Shown one piece after another: positions 25,584 through 38,958 of a DNA stretch of 64,000 bases. This DNA comes from Mytilus edulis (lineage: Eukaryota), in assembly GCF_963676685.1 (NCBI RefSeq), contig NC_092349.1, positions 44,826,001 through 44,890,000 of the forward strand, read 5' to 3'. Both the position numbers and the translations under genes were made by a program. Position 1 is the first letter of the stretch; each line of letters opens with the position of its first letter. The notes under the pieces were generated by a model. The model had not been told where the DNA came from. It saw only the letters and a program-made list of their open reading frames with translations, and did not search any database.

Positions 25584-26727
25584 AATTTGTTTGCTATTTT
25601 AGGTATGATGATACAAACTTGTAGTAATCCAACAGAAGACAAATCCAGGAATAAAACTAATGAAAACAAAATTTCAGAATAAGAAATGCATGTCAATCTG
25701 ACGGTAAGGGAATGCCAGAGATATCGTGGCAATAATGTTAAATAATCTACGGCAACACAACATCAAAAGAAACGGAACATCACAGAATACGGAAAATGAC
25801 AGAAAAATTGAAAACACATTGGCACAAATCAAGAAAAACGATAAAAAAAGAAGACGGCAATACTAAGTCAGAAAGATAGCATCACTATATAGGTCCTGAA
25901 ATCACTGTCAAATTCACGGTACTATCATAAACTCCGAAAATTGGATAGTATCGGTAAAATATACGGCAAACAATTTTAAGTTGAAATTTTCGGTGTCACC
26001 TTGTTTTAAAAATTCACATTATAGCTGAGCTTACTTCGGTTAATTTTCCCGGTATATCAGCAGACGTTACCATAAGTCTGTAAGTAAAAACGATGTCGTA
26101 AGGTCAGATGCTAAGATAAAATATGAATATCCAAATGTGTAGAGGTCAACTTTAGCATTGTCATCGTGTTTACTGAGGTCACATTTTTAGCTACTCGTAA
26201 TCCATATTAGAAGTGCATGACTTTCACACGTTGTGTATTAGATAAGTACCCAAATTCATAATTTTGATATCACTATAATATAACCCCTTATCAATAATGA
26301 TAATCAGCGAGTTATCTGACCGTTGTACACCATTATCTACCCTATATTTATGCAGTGTAAATACTTATTTAAATGTGATATGAAAAAATGTAAACATACC
26401 ATATATTGTATTCGAAAACAAATTATTCTCCGCCTGATTCTCTTGAATAAGAACCAATCAAAATTTAAAAAAAAGGGAATTTTGATATTTTAGAACTTTT
26501 ATCAAAAATCCCAAATAAAATGAAAAACTTTTTGAAATTTTGAATTGCTTAGTGTTACACGGACCCAAACAGTCATATCATGCAAAAGGATACATTTTAC
26601 AGTGCTTGATAAAGTTTTAAAAGCGTTATGAAAGTTATAAAAGTTCAAAAAATGTATATTAATTACTCTTCTCGTATTTTAACTTGATTCAGTAAGTCGG
26701 GAACACAAAACATAAGTAATAAAAAAT

Positions 26728-26885
26728 CTGGGGCAGATCCAGGATTTTTGACAATGAGCGTAATGCTCGATAATTGAATATTTTTTTTTGGACGATTCGA
26801 CACTCATATTGTGTAAACATATCGTGGAACACATGAATTTTTAACTAACAGCCTCTACGCCCGACCCCTGGGTTTGCCGCCACTG
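26728..26885. mobile_element. Degenerate CAG-type MITE, imperfect TSD AAAAT/AACAT
   Basis: CTGGGGCAGATCCAGG...GCCGCCACTG. Confidence 0.55.
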
Positions 26886-27078
26886 AACATGATGTAAAAG
26901 TTCCTTAATATGCTTAAAAGGGTGACAAAATAATGGAAACATGCATTATCGCCTAAAATTTCTCCTCACGCAGCTGTTATCTGTCCTGTTAGCGGAGCAT
27001 TGAGTTGTCCTGTGGTCTAATACAAAGTTTTTGTTCTTTTTAAAAGGGTACCTTATTTTCCAACTGTCAATTCATATC

Positions 27079-27230
27079 CATTGGCGGATCTCAAGGGGGG
27101 GGGGGGGTCCGGGGGTTGGAACCTCCCTTTTTTGGCCGATCAATGCATTTGAATGGGAGTATATAGTTGGAGCCCCTTTACTCTGGGTTGGGAACCCGCC
27201 ACTTTTTTCAAATGGCTGGATCCGCCTCTA
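27079..27230. mobile_element. CAG-type MITE, 5-bp TSD ATATC
   Basis: CATTGGCGGATC...GGATCCGCCTCTA with ATATC on both sides. Confidence 0.8.
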
Positions 27231-27339
27231 ATATCTCGCGTTCAACAAATTAACAAAAACATATTGTTCATTGTTTTAGTAATATTAGTCCAGGAATTAC
27301 GGAAGCTTCTGTCCATGAACAACCATATAACGGTATATA

Positions 27340-27464
27340 CAATTTGTATATATATATATATTGAGTTACTTAGTTATTTTCTTTATTTGTTTTTGTTGTT
27401 GTTATATGTCACAAACTGTAAAGTTAATATGGCAATAAAACTTTGAATTGAAAAATTGAATTGA
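27340..27464 (+). mobile_element. LINE 3' UTR/tail remnant
   Basis: TTGTTGTT..TATGTCACA..GCAATAAA followed by (TTGAA)n, resembling the 30466 and 42800 tails. Confidence 0.5.
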
Positions 27465-27729
27465 TAATAAAGATAGCTATAAACAAAACAAGAATATGTG
27501 GTATGATTGCGTACCACTATAAATACTAAGGCATACAGCTTCAGGTCACCACAGGTCAACAATGAGCTTAACCCACACTGTAAAGTACAGGCGCGGATCC
27601 AGCCATTTTGAAAAAGGGGTTAAAAACCCCAGAGTCATCATGAAGAATACAAATATGAAGAAGAGTATAAAACGGTCTGACTTATGCTTGTACCATTATT
27701 ACAGTGTGGGAACGGAACTGAGCAGGTTT

Positions 27730-28165
27730 TTTTTATGCCCCACCTACGATAGTAGAAAGGCGTTATGTTTTCTGGTCTGTGCCTCCGTTCGTCCGTCCGG
27801 TTAAAGTTTTTGGTCGAGGTAGTTTTTGATGAAGCTGAAGTCCAATCAACTTGAAACTTAATACACATGTTCCCCATGATATGATCTTTCTAATTTTAAT
27901 GCCAAATTATAGTTTTGACCCCAATTTCATGGTCCACTGAACATAGAAAATGATAGTGCAAAGTTCAGGTTAAAGTTTTTGGTCAAGGTAGTTTTTGATG
28001 AAGTTAAAGTTACATCAACTTGAAACTTAGTACACATGTTCCCTATGATATGATCTTTCTAATTTTAATTCCAAATTAAAGTTTTGACCCCAATTTCACG
28101 GTCCACTGAACATAGAAAATGATAGTGGGAGTGGGGCATCCGTGTACTATGGACACATTCTTGTT
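27730..28165 (-). mobile_element. HINE-like element with about 170-bp core repeats
   Basis: ATGCCCCAC/GTGGGGCAT subterminal inverted motif, (CGTC)n tract, T-rich flanks. A related copy lies at about 8075-8425 (+). Confidence 0.7.
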
Positions 28166-28492
28166 TTATATTTTTTTATTTTTTGGTAATTCGACATTCC
28201 AATGATTTCGTTATTAAATCTTGAAGCAGAAATATTATATATTCATTTAAGTTCATCAAACTTTTCAACTTTTTTTTAAAATCTATACTAGTCTTTCTAT
28301 TCCAACAGTTCTGTGATTCCCTCGAATGCAGAGACCTGGTCGAAGATTCGAAACCAGATGTGTAAAGTGAAAGACTTTTAAATTTGATATTGGTTGCGTC
28401 TTCACTCAGCCTTTGAGAAGATATGTCTGTCTGTTATCACTAGTACACTTGACACTATCGCGGTAAGAAACTGACTGCATGTGTCAGATTAA

Positions 28493-28805
28493 GGGAGCTA
28501 CCATTTGATTTTTATGGGGGGGGGGGGGGGGGGGGGGGGCTAGGATAAAATTTGAAAAAAATAGGCAGGACAGGAATTTTGAGTAAAAAAAAAAGGCAGG
28601 ATGAGACACTTACAAAAAAAAAAGTCAGGATGACAATTTAGGTAAATAAAAGTCAGGATAAACTAAAAAAAAAAAGGCAGGACCGAATAGAGTGAAAAAT
28701 AAAAATGCAGGACAGAGATTACAACTAAAAAAAATGCAGGACAAAATTTTTCATCCTAGGACCCCCCCCCCCCCCCCCCCCCATAAAAATCAAATGGTAG
28801 CTCCC
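28493..28805. mobile_element. PIF/Harbinger-like MITE, TSD TAA (second copy)
   Basis: Same TIRs and internal repeats as 6509-6809. Confidence 0.85.
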
Positions 28806-30084
28806 TAAAAAAAACAAGAAGAGTTCATAATTAAGCCGTTGACATGTTCTCGTCCTCAACAAATGCAATGCGAATTCATTATTTGCTCACTCAATATTAT
28901 TTTGAAGTTCTAAAAAAACCATAAATTTGCAACCAAACACGAAGCTGGTTAACTGTTGAAGATAACCTTTTATTACTTGACAAAAGTACAGTAGTGTCGA
29001 AACAATGACTTGCACCAAATGTCTGTCCAAATTATCATGTATAATTAGTACTAAATTACAACATGTTCAAAACATTATGTTATTATATTGTTATGTATAA
29101 ATATCAAGTGGTTTGAAAACTTGTTGTACTGAATTGATCAACAATCTCAAAATTACTCTATTAATCAGTAAATATTTTTGTCCATATGTTTTGATCATTC
29201 TAGTTTATATTACTGTACGTGTAGGTCCAGAGCACTGCCATACTGTATAGAGACCAGTTCATTTGTTGAAGACTGTATGCTGCCCTCTTAAATGTTTTTG
29301 GTTTGTTAGTGTTGTCTTTTGAGTTGGTGTCTAATTGGTGTGTTTCTAACATCTTCTACAAGAATCACATAAATAAATATCGAATAATTGTGCAATGTTC
29401 TGAGACTTAAAGCTTCCCCCTCCTGCATGCACATCACCCCAAATTTTTGCTGGGGTTTGTTGCTATTCCTTAGATTCCTAAGTAGTATTTTATTTTGAAT
29501 GTCCACTTCCACTTCTTTTTTTTGCACTTACAATGCCTATATGATATTACAGTATTAGCGAAATTATCTGTGACAAGTATCAGTATTCAATATACATAAT
29601 TTTTGAAAAGTAAACAAACTAGATGAACAAATCACGATTATTTTTTTTTCTAGGGCAAATACTCCTTAAGGTTCTTGTAGATCATTCTTGAACTTTTTTT
29701 TGCTGTTTACAGTTTATCGACTTTAATTTCAATAATATTCAAGATACTACCCAAAAACTGAAAAATGTCCATAAAATAACTAATCAAGTGGCAGCCAATG
29801 TCAGATTTGCTCTAAATGCTTTAGTGGTTAGTTTTTGAGATATTATCCAAAAAATGCATTTGACCCCTCATGATGTTTTATTTTCAGCCATGGTGGCCAT
29901 GTTTGTCGATGGATTAAAACTTCGGATACAATTAATAAACTAGATATATAGCCTTAGGAACATTCAGTTACAGTATGAAGGTATTAGTTTCAGAGGAGAA
30001 GATTCTTGAAATAGTTAACAACGACGACAGACGTCGGACGGACACCAACTAATGGCACATAAGGCCCATGTGAGCTACAGAGAG

Positions 30085-31360
30085 AGGCAAAAGATACCAA
30101 AGGGCCATACAAATTCAAAAGTCGAAAATAAACTGACAACACCATGAAAAAGAAAGAAAAAGACCGAAAGATAAAAAAAAAAAACAAAAAAAACTAGTAC
30201 ACCAAAAAACAACATAGAAAATTAAAGAATGAGCAACGCGATTCCCACCAAAAACCGGGGTGATCTCATGTGCTCTAGAAGGGTAAGCAGATCTTACTTA
30301 CCTTGTAACATCCATTGTGTTGCTTATGTTAATAGTACAAACCGGAAAAATAATAATTCGGTAGCTCACATTTGAAGAAGAGGAGACGAGATTGAAGTTA
30401 GGACAAATGGAACATATCCTTCGTCATCTGTATAACAGATATTTCATATATTAAACGGTCGGTATTGAACTGAGGACAGGGGACTCTTAAAATAATTACT
30501 TTTATTGTGTATATTAATGATCTTGTTGTTATTTTTTATTTTCATTTTGTTATGTTGTGTCACAACTATAAATATGTAGTTTTATGACAATAAAGATTTG
30601 AATTTGAATTTGGTAAACCAACTATTGATTGCGTCTGTAAAATATACGAAGGGGTATTACTTTATCTAGCTTCCTTGTAATTAGCAGCCCACTGTCAAGA
30701 AAATCATGATGGAAATTCAAGTCCATTAATATCGTGTCAAGTGGGAACTATATACCACATGCATTGTTTTCAATCAACATCATGGTCAATTTTTAGATGA
30801 AAGTCAAGCATCTTGATAATGTCAGTTTCGAGATATTAGGCAGACTGAACTGTATCTGGTGTGTCTTTTAAGTTCGATGGGATAGATATGTTCATCCTAG
30901 TCACCTAACTTTGAATTATTTGAACAAGGTGAACCAACACCAGATGTAGTAATCGTGTGGTTGCGTAATAGTTATACACTCTCACCATGCAGTAATTGAT
31001 GGGTGTTGCTGTCTTTGTTATTGTTTTATTTGAATTATTTAGTGAAAGCATCCATAAAGAGAAAATTGCAGCTAAAGGATAATGCTACCATCTTTCTCCC
31101 AAAAGTTCATGTGTATGGAGTCATTTCATGTTAATAAAGGAACAAGCCAACAAGATGAGGAGCACTGTTGGTTTCCATGGGAATGTCGATTATTTGTTGA
31201 AAAACATGTCAATAATGTCCTACAAATATGTCGGCAATCAAGAAATAAAGCATCTTGATAATGTCAGTTTCAGAGAATATTATGTTTGAATCAGAGTGAT
31301 ATTTTACAAAATACCTATTTATCCCTTCTTAAGACAAGATACTTGTATCTATATTGGCCA
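30085..31360 (-). mobile_element. Decayed Penelope-like retroelement (RT remnant plus abundant 3' repeat)
   Basis: Minus-strand translation gives IIKMLYFLIADIFV, VFQQIIDIPMETNSAPHLVGLFLY (compare PLE GIPMGTNCAPLLADLFLY) and HIYPIELK..DTVQSA*YL. Confidence 0.7.
30466..30611 (+). mobile_element. Very short 3' end of the same LINE family as 42790-47835
   Basis: GAACTGAGGACAGGGGACTCTTAA (ELRTGDS*), AATAAA and a (TTTGAA)n tail. Inserted inside the Penelope remnant. Confidence 0.75.
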
Positions 31361-31366
31361 TTTAAA

Positions 31367-33262
31367 AACCAGATGCTCCGCAGGGCGCAGCTATATACGA
31401 CCGCAGAGGTTGAACCCTGAACAGTTGGGGCAAGTATGGACACAACATTTAAGCTGGATTCAGCTCTAAATTTGGATTGTGATTAAATAGTTGACACAGC
31501 ATAGGTTTCTGACACAGAATGAATGTGGTCTAATGAACTTAAAATATTTTTTTTGCCTTTGAGCAATTCACTATGCTGTTGAATATTAATCCTCTCAAAA
31601 AAATGTTTGAAGAAATTTTCTTTTTATTTATGAAATCTGAAATGAGAAAAATTTAACCCCCCCCCATTTTTTTTTCACATCCCCCTTTCCCTTTTTCCAA
31701 AACTGATCTCAATTCAAATTCCTAATGGAGTTTGCAACAATAACTACTCATTTAAATACATCATAAAGTATTAAAATGTAAAATAAAGTGCTTGTTATCA
31801 CTGAATGGTAAAGATTGTTTTAATTTATCATTTGGTAGTAAAAGTGAATATACATTGTATATTGTATAAAACAATGATTTAAGTTGATTCAACTACTATT
31901 CTGGACAAAGAAAGATAACTCCAATCAATTGAAAATTTCTTGCTATTGCACAATATTGTGCAATTAGATATTTCTTGCTATTGTGCAATACTGTGCAATT
32001 GAAAATATTTGCTATTGCACAATACTATGCAATTGAAGATTTCTTGCTATTGTGCAATACTGTGCAATTGAAAATTGCTAGCTATTGCACAATACTGTGC
32101 AATTGAAGATTTCTTGCTTTTGCTGAATACTGTGCAATTGAAAATTTCTTGCTATTGCACAATACTTAATATAATAATTTTGGATCCTGATTTGAACCAA
32201 CTTGAAAACTGGGCCCATAATCAAAAATCTAAGTATATGTTTAGATTCAGCATATCAAAAAAGCCCAAGAATTTAATTTTTGTTAAAATCAAACTTAGTT
32301 TAATTTTGGACCCTTTGGACTTTAATGTAGACCAATTTGAAAACGGGACCAAGAATTAAGAATCTACATACACAGTTAGATTTGGCATATCAAAGAACCC
32401 CAATTATTCAATTTTTGATGAAATCAAACAAAGTTTAATTTTGGACCCTGATTTGGACCAACTTGAAAACTGGGCCAATAATCAAAAATCTAAGTACATT
32501 TTTAGATTCAGCATATCAAAGAAGCCCAAGGATTCAATTTTTTTAAAATCAAACTAAGTTTAATTTTGGACATTTGGCCCTTAATGTAGACCAATTTGAA
32601 AACGGGACCAAAAATTAAGAATCTACATACACAGTTAGATTCGGCATATCAAAGAACCCCAATTATTCAATTTTTGATGAAATCAAACAAATTTCAATTT
32701 TGGACCCTTTGGGCCCCTTATTCCTAAACTGTTAGGACCAAACCTCTAAAAATGAAACCCAACCTTCCTTTTATGGTCATAAACCTTGTGTTTAAATTTC
32801 ATTGATTTCTATTTACTTATACTAAAGTTATTGTACGAAAACCAAGAATAATGCTTATTTGGGCCCTTTTTTGGCCCCTAATTCCTAAACTGTTGGAACC
32901 AAAACTCCCAAAATCAATCCCAACCTTCATTTTGTGGTCATAAACCTTGTGTCAAAATTTCATAGATTTCAATTTACTTAAACTAAAGTTATAGTGCGAA
33001 AACCAAGAAAATGCTTATTTGGGCCCTTTTTGGCCCCTAATTCCTAAAATGTTGGGACCAAAACTCCCAAAATCAATCCCAACCTTCCTTTTGTGGTAAT
33101 AAACCTTGTGTTAAAATTCCATAGATTTCTATTCACTTTTACAAAAGTTAGAGTGCGAAAACTAAAAGTATTCGGACGACGACAACGACGAAGACGACGA
33201 CGACGACGACGCCAACGTGATAGCAATATACGACGAAAAATTAAAATTTTTGCGGTCATATA
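31367..33262 (+). mobile_element. Helentron-associated (HINE/DINE-like) composite element with internal tandem arrays
   Basis: Subterminal inverted motif TATACGACCGCA / TGCGGTCATATA; arrays of about 32, 130/260 and 160 bp; (GAC)n microsatellite; 3' hairpin; A-rich flanks without a TSD. Confidence 0.7.
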
Positions 33263-34508
33263 AAAAAAAGTATATAAAAAGACTTATATTAGTTATCATC
33301 ATTAGCTTTGCAAATTGATTTCAGTTTATTTGAGAAATGAATGATTTACAACATTGGCTTCCAGGTATTTCAGAAAATCCAGAAATAACTAGATTAGATC
33401 AATGAAGCAAGCACCTGCCAGAGAAAAATTTAATTAACTTACCAATCATTTCCATTGTGTAATATTAACCCCCTATGCACTATATTGAGGTACTAAAATC
33501 ACATCCATGTTTTTTTCCTCCTCATCAAACCCCCATCATGACAGAGATAACACATTCATCGCAAAGTTATAAATAGCTGCACATTAATTCCCACTGCATA
33601 CCATTTCATCTCTTACTACATATGATTTATCTATATAGATATCAAACCAACTTATGCTTCTTTTATTTTTATTTTTTGTAGATAATTAATTATACCACCT
33701 ACTATAAAACAGTTGTTAAAGGACAGGTGAACTTTGATTTCTGAAGAAAACTGTTTATTTTGTTCATTTTGAAATTTAATGCTTTCTATGAGTATATTAA
33801 CTTGTTACTGCAACCTTCTGATAGGATTTAATATCATGAAATCAACTGCTGATCGATTTACAACATCTCCATAAAATGTACATCACGATTAGAAAAAAAA
33901 AATGTAAATTATGTTGGTTAAATATTCAGTTAAGCATTTCTTATCAATTTCATTAAAGCATTAAGGGTGGGTCATACAAATTAAGACAGTGTTTTTACTA
34001 TGCATTACTATGATTGAAGTATCTGTTAAACATGATAATATTTAAGCTTGATAAATAAGTATGCTAAATCCAATTGTTTATTGTTAACAACCATTTATAG
34101 ACCTCTAAATGTTGTGAATGCTTTATGATGTAATGTAGAAGTGTCATTTATGCGTAACCAATATCTTCTTCTATTTTATTACTAAAGAATACAAAAATAT
34201 GGTCATCTCTAGACCTGTTCAATAGTTAAACCCTAATTCTCTGTCATACACAGTTAGATTAGTCAGATTGGGGACTCTAAATCAGATGTCTCATGTACTC
34301 TCAGCATGTAAAAGAACACTTGCAACAACTCCCTGAGAGGTCAATGGGTAAAATGTGTATAATAGGACAGACGCCGGACAGACAGAAGGAGACACAGACC
34401 AGAAAAAATATCGATCATCTACATAGGGAGGGCATAAAAATATAAAAGACCATAAAAATTTGTTTAATAGCCCTTATGTAAAACAAGCTTGTCATAGTTG
34501 CAAGATAC

Positions 34509-37500
34509 AACCAGGTGCTCCGCAGGGCGCAGCTTTATACGACCGCAGAGGTCGAACCCTGAACAGTTGGGGCAAGTATGGACAAAACATTCTAGCGTGA
34601 TACAGCTCTGAATTTGGATTGTGATCAAATTTTTGACATTACATGGTTTTTTTTTTACACAAAACAAATGTCAAGATTTTACAAATTTTACAATTAAAGA
34701 TTTCTTCTTCAAACTTTTTAAATCTAAAATTAAATAGTTGACACAGCATAGGTTTCTGACACAGAATGAATGTGGTCTAATGAACTTAAAAGTTTGTTTT
34801 TGCCTTTTAGCAATTCACTATGCTGTTGAATATTAATCCTCTCAAAAAAATGTTTGAAGACATTTTCTTTTTATTTATGAAATCTGAAATGAGAAAAATT
34901 TAACCCCCCCCCCCCCTTTTTTCACATCCCCGTTTCCCTTTTTCCAAAACTGATATCAATTCAAATTTCTAATGGAGTTTGCAACAATAACTACTCTTTT
35001 AAATACATCATAAAATATTAAAATGTAAAATAAAATGCTTGTTATCACTGAATGGTAAAGATTGGTTGGAAGTAAAAGTGAATATACATTGTTTATTGTA
35101 TAAAACAATAAAAAAAACTTCATCAGCAACATTTTATATTGGCAAATTTCCAATGAAGTTATTTACATAAAGTTATTGGCAAATAAAAATAGAAAATGAC
35201 ATCATAGTCATGTCTGGCAAATGTCCAACATACATTATCTAAAAACATTTTAGATAAGATAAGGAAATAAGATGTAAAAAAAATGCTTGTTATCACTGAA
35301 TGGTAAAGATTATTTTAATTTATCAGTTGGTAGTAAAAAGTGAATATACATTGTATATTGTATATAACAAAGATTTAAGTTGATTCTGGACAAAGAAAGA
35401 TAACTCAAATTAAAAAAAAATCTTGCTATTGCACAATATTTTGCAATTAGATATTTCTTGCTTACTATTCTGGACAAAGAAAGATAACTCTAATTAAAAA
35501 AAATTTGCTATTTCACAATATTGTGCAATTAGATATTTCTTGCCATTGCGCAATACTGTGCAATTGAAAAGACTTGCTATTGCACAATACTTAATATAAT
35601 AATTTTAGATCCTGATTTGGACCAACTTGAAAACTGGGCCCATAATAAAAAATCTAAGTACATTTTTGGATTCAGCATATCAAAGAACCCCAAGATTTTA
35701 ATTTTTGTTAAAATCAGACTAAGTTTAATTTTGGACCCTTTGGACTTTAGTGTAGACCAATTTGAAAACAGGACCAAAAATGAAGAATCTACATACACAG
35801 TTAGATTTGATATATCAAAGAACCCCATTTATTCAATTTTTGATGAAATCAAACAAAGTTTAATTTTGGACCCCGATTTGGACCAACTTGAAAACTAGGC
35901 CAATAATCAAGAATCTAAGTACATTTTTAGATTCAGCATATCAAAGAACCTAACTGATTCATTTTTTGTCAAAATCAAACTAAGTTTAATTTTGGACCCT
36001 TTGGACCTTAATGTAGACCAATTTGAAAACGGGACCAAAAGTTAAGAATCTACATACACAGTCATGACAGTTAGATTCGGCATATCAAAGAACCCCAATT
36101 ATTCAATTTTGATGAAATCAAACAAAGTTTAATTTTGGACCCTTTGGGCCCCTTATTCTGTTGGGACCAAAACTCCCAAAATCAATACCAACCTTCCTTT
36201 TATGGTCATAAACCTTGTGTTTAAATTTCATAGATTTCTATTTACTTATACTAACGTTATGGTGCGAAAACCAAGAAAAATTTGTAAGGGTTCCGCGGAA
36301 CCCAGTGTCTCGCCTATTTTTGCTGTAAATCGCAGACTCAACAACAATGAGGAAAAAAATCAATAAAATATTCCTCTTGTTACTATTTTATGATTGTAAG
36401 AAAATCTAAGTCCATTTAAAAGTAAATTACAGAAAAAACGGAGTAATCTTTTTACAAACTTTACTTCTGGATACAATCTTATGATCATAAATAAGCTTCT
36501 GTCCAAGTTTGGTACAAATCCAGGATAGTTTAAGAAAGTTATTAAAATTTTAAAAACTTTAAACACAGAGTGAATGTAATGGTTCCCCGCAGAAAATCTA
36601 AGTCCATTTAAAAGTAAAATATGGAAAAAATGGATTTATTTATTTACAAAATTTACTTCTGGATACTATCTTATGATCATAAACAAGCTTCTGTCCAACT
36701 TTGGTACAAACCCAGGAGAGTTTAAGAAAGTTATTAAAATTCTAAAAACTTTAACCACAGAGTGAATGTAATGTTTCCCCGCAGAAAAAACTAAGTCCAT
36801 TTATAGTAAAATACGGAAAAAATGGAATTTTATTTTTACAAAATTTACTTCTGGATACTATCTTATGATCATAAACAAGCTTCTGTCAAAGTTTGGTAGA
36901 AATCCAGTATAGTTTAAGAAAGTTATTAAAATTTCAAAAACTTTAACCACAGAGTGAATATTTGTTGACGCCGCCGACGACGCCGATGACGACGGAATGT
37001 AGGATCGCTTAGTCTCGCTTTTTCGACTAAAGTCGAAGGCTCGACAAAAATGCTCATTTGGGTCCCTTTTTGGCCCCTAATTCCTAAACTGTTGGGACCT
37101 AAACTCCCAAAATCAATACCAACCTTCCTTTTGTAGTCATTAACATTGTGTTTAAATTTCATTGATTTCTATTTACTTAAACTAAAGTTATTGTGCGAAA
37201 ACCAAGAATAATGCTTATTTGGGCCCTTTTTTGGCCCCTAATTCCTAAACTGTTGAAACCAAAACTCCCAAAATCGATCCCAACCGTTCTTTTGTGGTCA
37301 TAAACCTTGTGTCAAAATTTCATAGATTTCTATTCACTTAAACTAAAGTTATAGTGCGAAAACCAAGAAAATGCTTATTTGGGCCCTTTTTGGCCCCTAA
37401 TTCCTAAAATGTTGGGACCAAAACTCCCAAAATCTTTACCAACCTTCCTTTTGTGGTCATAAACCTTGTGTTAAAATTTCATAGATTTCCATTCACTTTT

Positions 37501-37583
37501 ACTAAAGTTAGAGTGCGAAAACTAAAAGTATTCGGACGACGACAACGACGAAGACGACGACGACGACGCCAACGTGATAGCAA
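34509..37583 (+). mobile_element. Second copy of the same HINE-like element, 3'-truncated, with a nested element
   Basis: Collinear with 31367-33262 from CCAGGTGCTCCGCAGGGCGCAGC to GACGCCAACGTGATAGCAA. Confidence 0.7.
36281..37047 (+). mobile_element. Nested HINE-like element with about 192-bp core repeats
   Basis: Interrupts the host motif AACCAAGAAAA|TGCTTATTTGGG. GTCTCGCCT/AGGCTCGAC subterminal inverted motif, (GAC/GCC)n tract, 3' hairpin TTCGACT AA AGTCGAA. Confidence 0.7.
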
Positions 37584-38157
37584 ATTGTGACTTGGATGGG
37601 GAGTTGTCTCATTGGCACTCATACCACATCTTCTTATATCCATATATAGGGTTTATACTTTCAATAAACCAGAGAATGCTAGTTATACCAGTTTGTTCTT
37701 TGTGGAGAGCCATACATGGAACTATATAAATGAAGGATGAACACTACAGCAATTGTATAATGGAGAATCGTAACACTAAAGACAGGTCTTGTTTGAACAA
37801 AATGACCACAGTTTGAACATTTATTATTTTCTTTTTGTACCATAATGTTGAAAAATGAGACAAAGTTCAGAAAAGCATTGTTTGATGGCAAAGCACTGTT
37901 GATAAATATCTGAAAATTATTCCCCACAGAAAATGTGAGTTAAAAAAGAACTTTCTATTAATTTAATACAAAATATTTAGCAAAATAAAACAAAGCAAGG
38001 GATCGTCAATTCATTAAAAAAAAATATCAGATGAGACATTTTAGAACACACTTAATCTTAGGACTAGTTTTAACATAATCTGTGTCATCAATTATGTGTT
38101 TAAAGTATTTTCCTGAAAAACCAGTAGACAGCTATAAAATAGCCTGCTACTTCATTG

Positions 38158-38321
38158 CATACCCGTAGCCAAAGGTGGGGGGGGGGGGTTCATCCGAACC
38201 CCCCCTTAAAATCAAATAAGCACCGTTAAAGGCAACGTTTTGTTCAAATTGTGACTGTTAAAGTCAAGTTCATGAGTCAAACGAACCCCCACCCCCTTGG
38301 AAATTCCTGGCTACGGGCCTG
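38158..38321. mobile_element. CAG-type MITE (CCCGTAGCC subfamily), 5-bp TSD CATTG
   Basis: CATACCCGTAGCCA...TGGCTACGGGCCTG with CATTG on both sides. Confidence 0.8.
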
Positions 38322-38737
38322 CATTGTTTTATTAATTAACTGGCATTTGTTCAAATTCAAAATATTACTTAATCAAAACTTTGCCAATTGTGTACACAAG
38401 GGCTCTGCCTTCAACTTCTTATTATTTCTGTAGCCATCAATAATTTTAACTCTCAATTTTTTGACACCATTGAAACAGAACATATTATAACAATATAAAC
38501 ATTTTATTGAAGTAGCACTAATTTTAACAACATTGTAGTACAACAAGGAGAAAAGTGTAAGTATATCTATAACAAAACTATTTTCTAGATAGTATAAATG
38601 TATGAATAAATATGCTGTACAAAGTTCTATGCAGTTGATTCAGTAACCATTTGAAAATACTAAATAATGTGACCATTTGAATGTACTAGATAAAGTAGCC
38701 ATTTTAATGTACATGATATTTAATGTACTAGATAGAG

Positions 38738-38958
38738 TACTATGGATTCATAATTATTCGTTAGATACCAATTTTCATGGGTTTTGTGGGTAAAGGTAAA
38801 CCATGAATTCAAAGGTTCAACGAATTGTAATTTTTATATAGGCTTTGTATGCATAACCAGGCTAATACAAGGAATTAAATACATGTAGTCACGAAAAAGT
38901 AATTTTTCCTCAATTCAGGAAAATTGATACCCACGAAAATATTAAAATGAATCCACTT
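38738..38958. mobile_element. TA-flanked Tc1/mariner-like MITE (degenerate)
   Basis: TACTATGGATTCAT...ATGAATCCAC inverted ends with CACGAA/CATGAA subrepeats. Confidence 0.55.

Noticed and set aside
31925-32165. About 32-bp repeats resembling a CRISPR array
   Set aside because: Head-to-tail repeats without unique spacers, inside a eukaryotic transposon, with no cas genes.
32075-35898. Short ORFs within tandem arrays and MITEs (also 6514, 33044, 60605)
   Set aside because: Low-complexity, repeat-derived, with no domain motifs or splice support.
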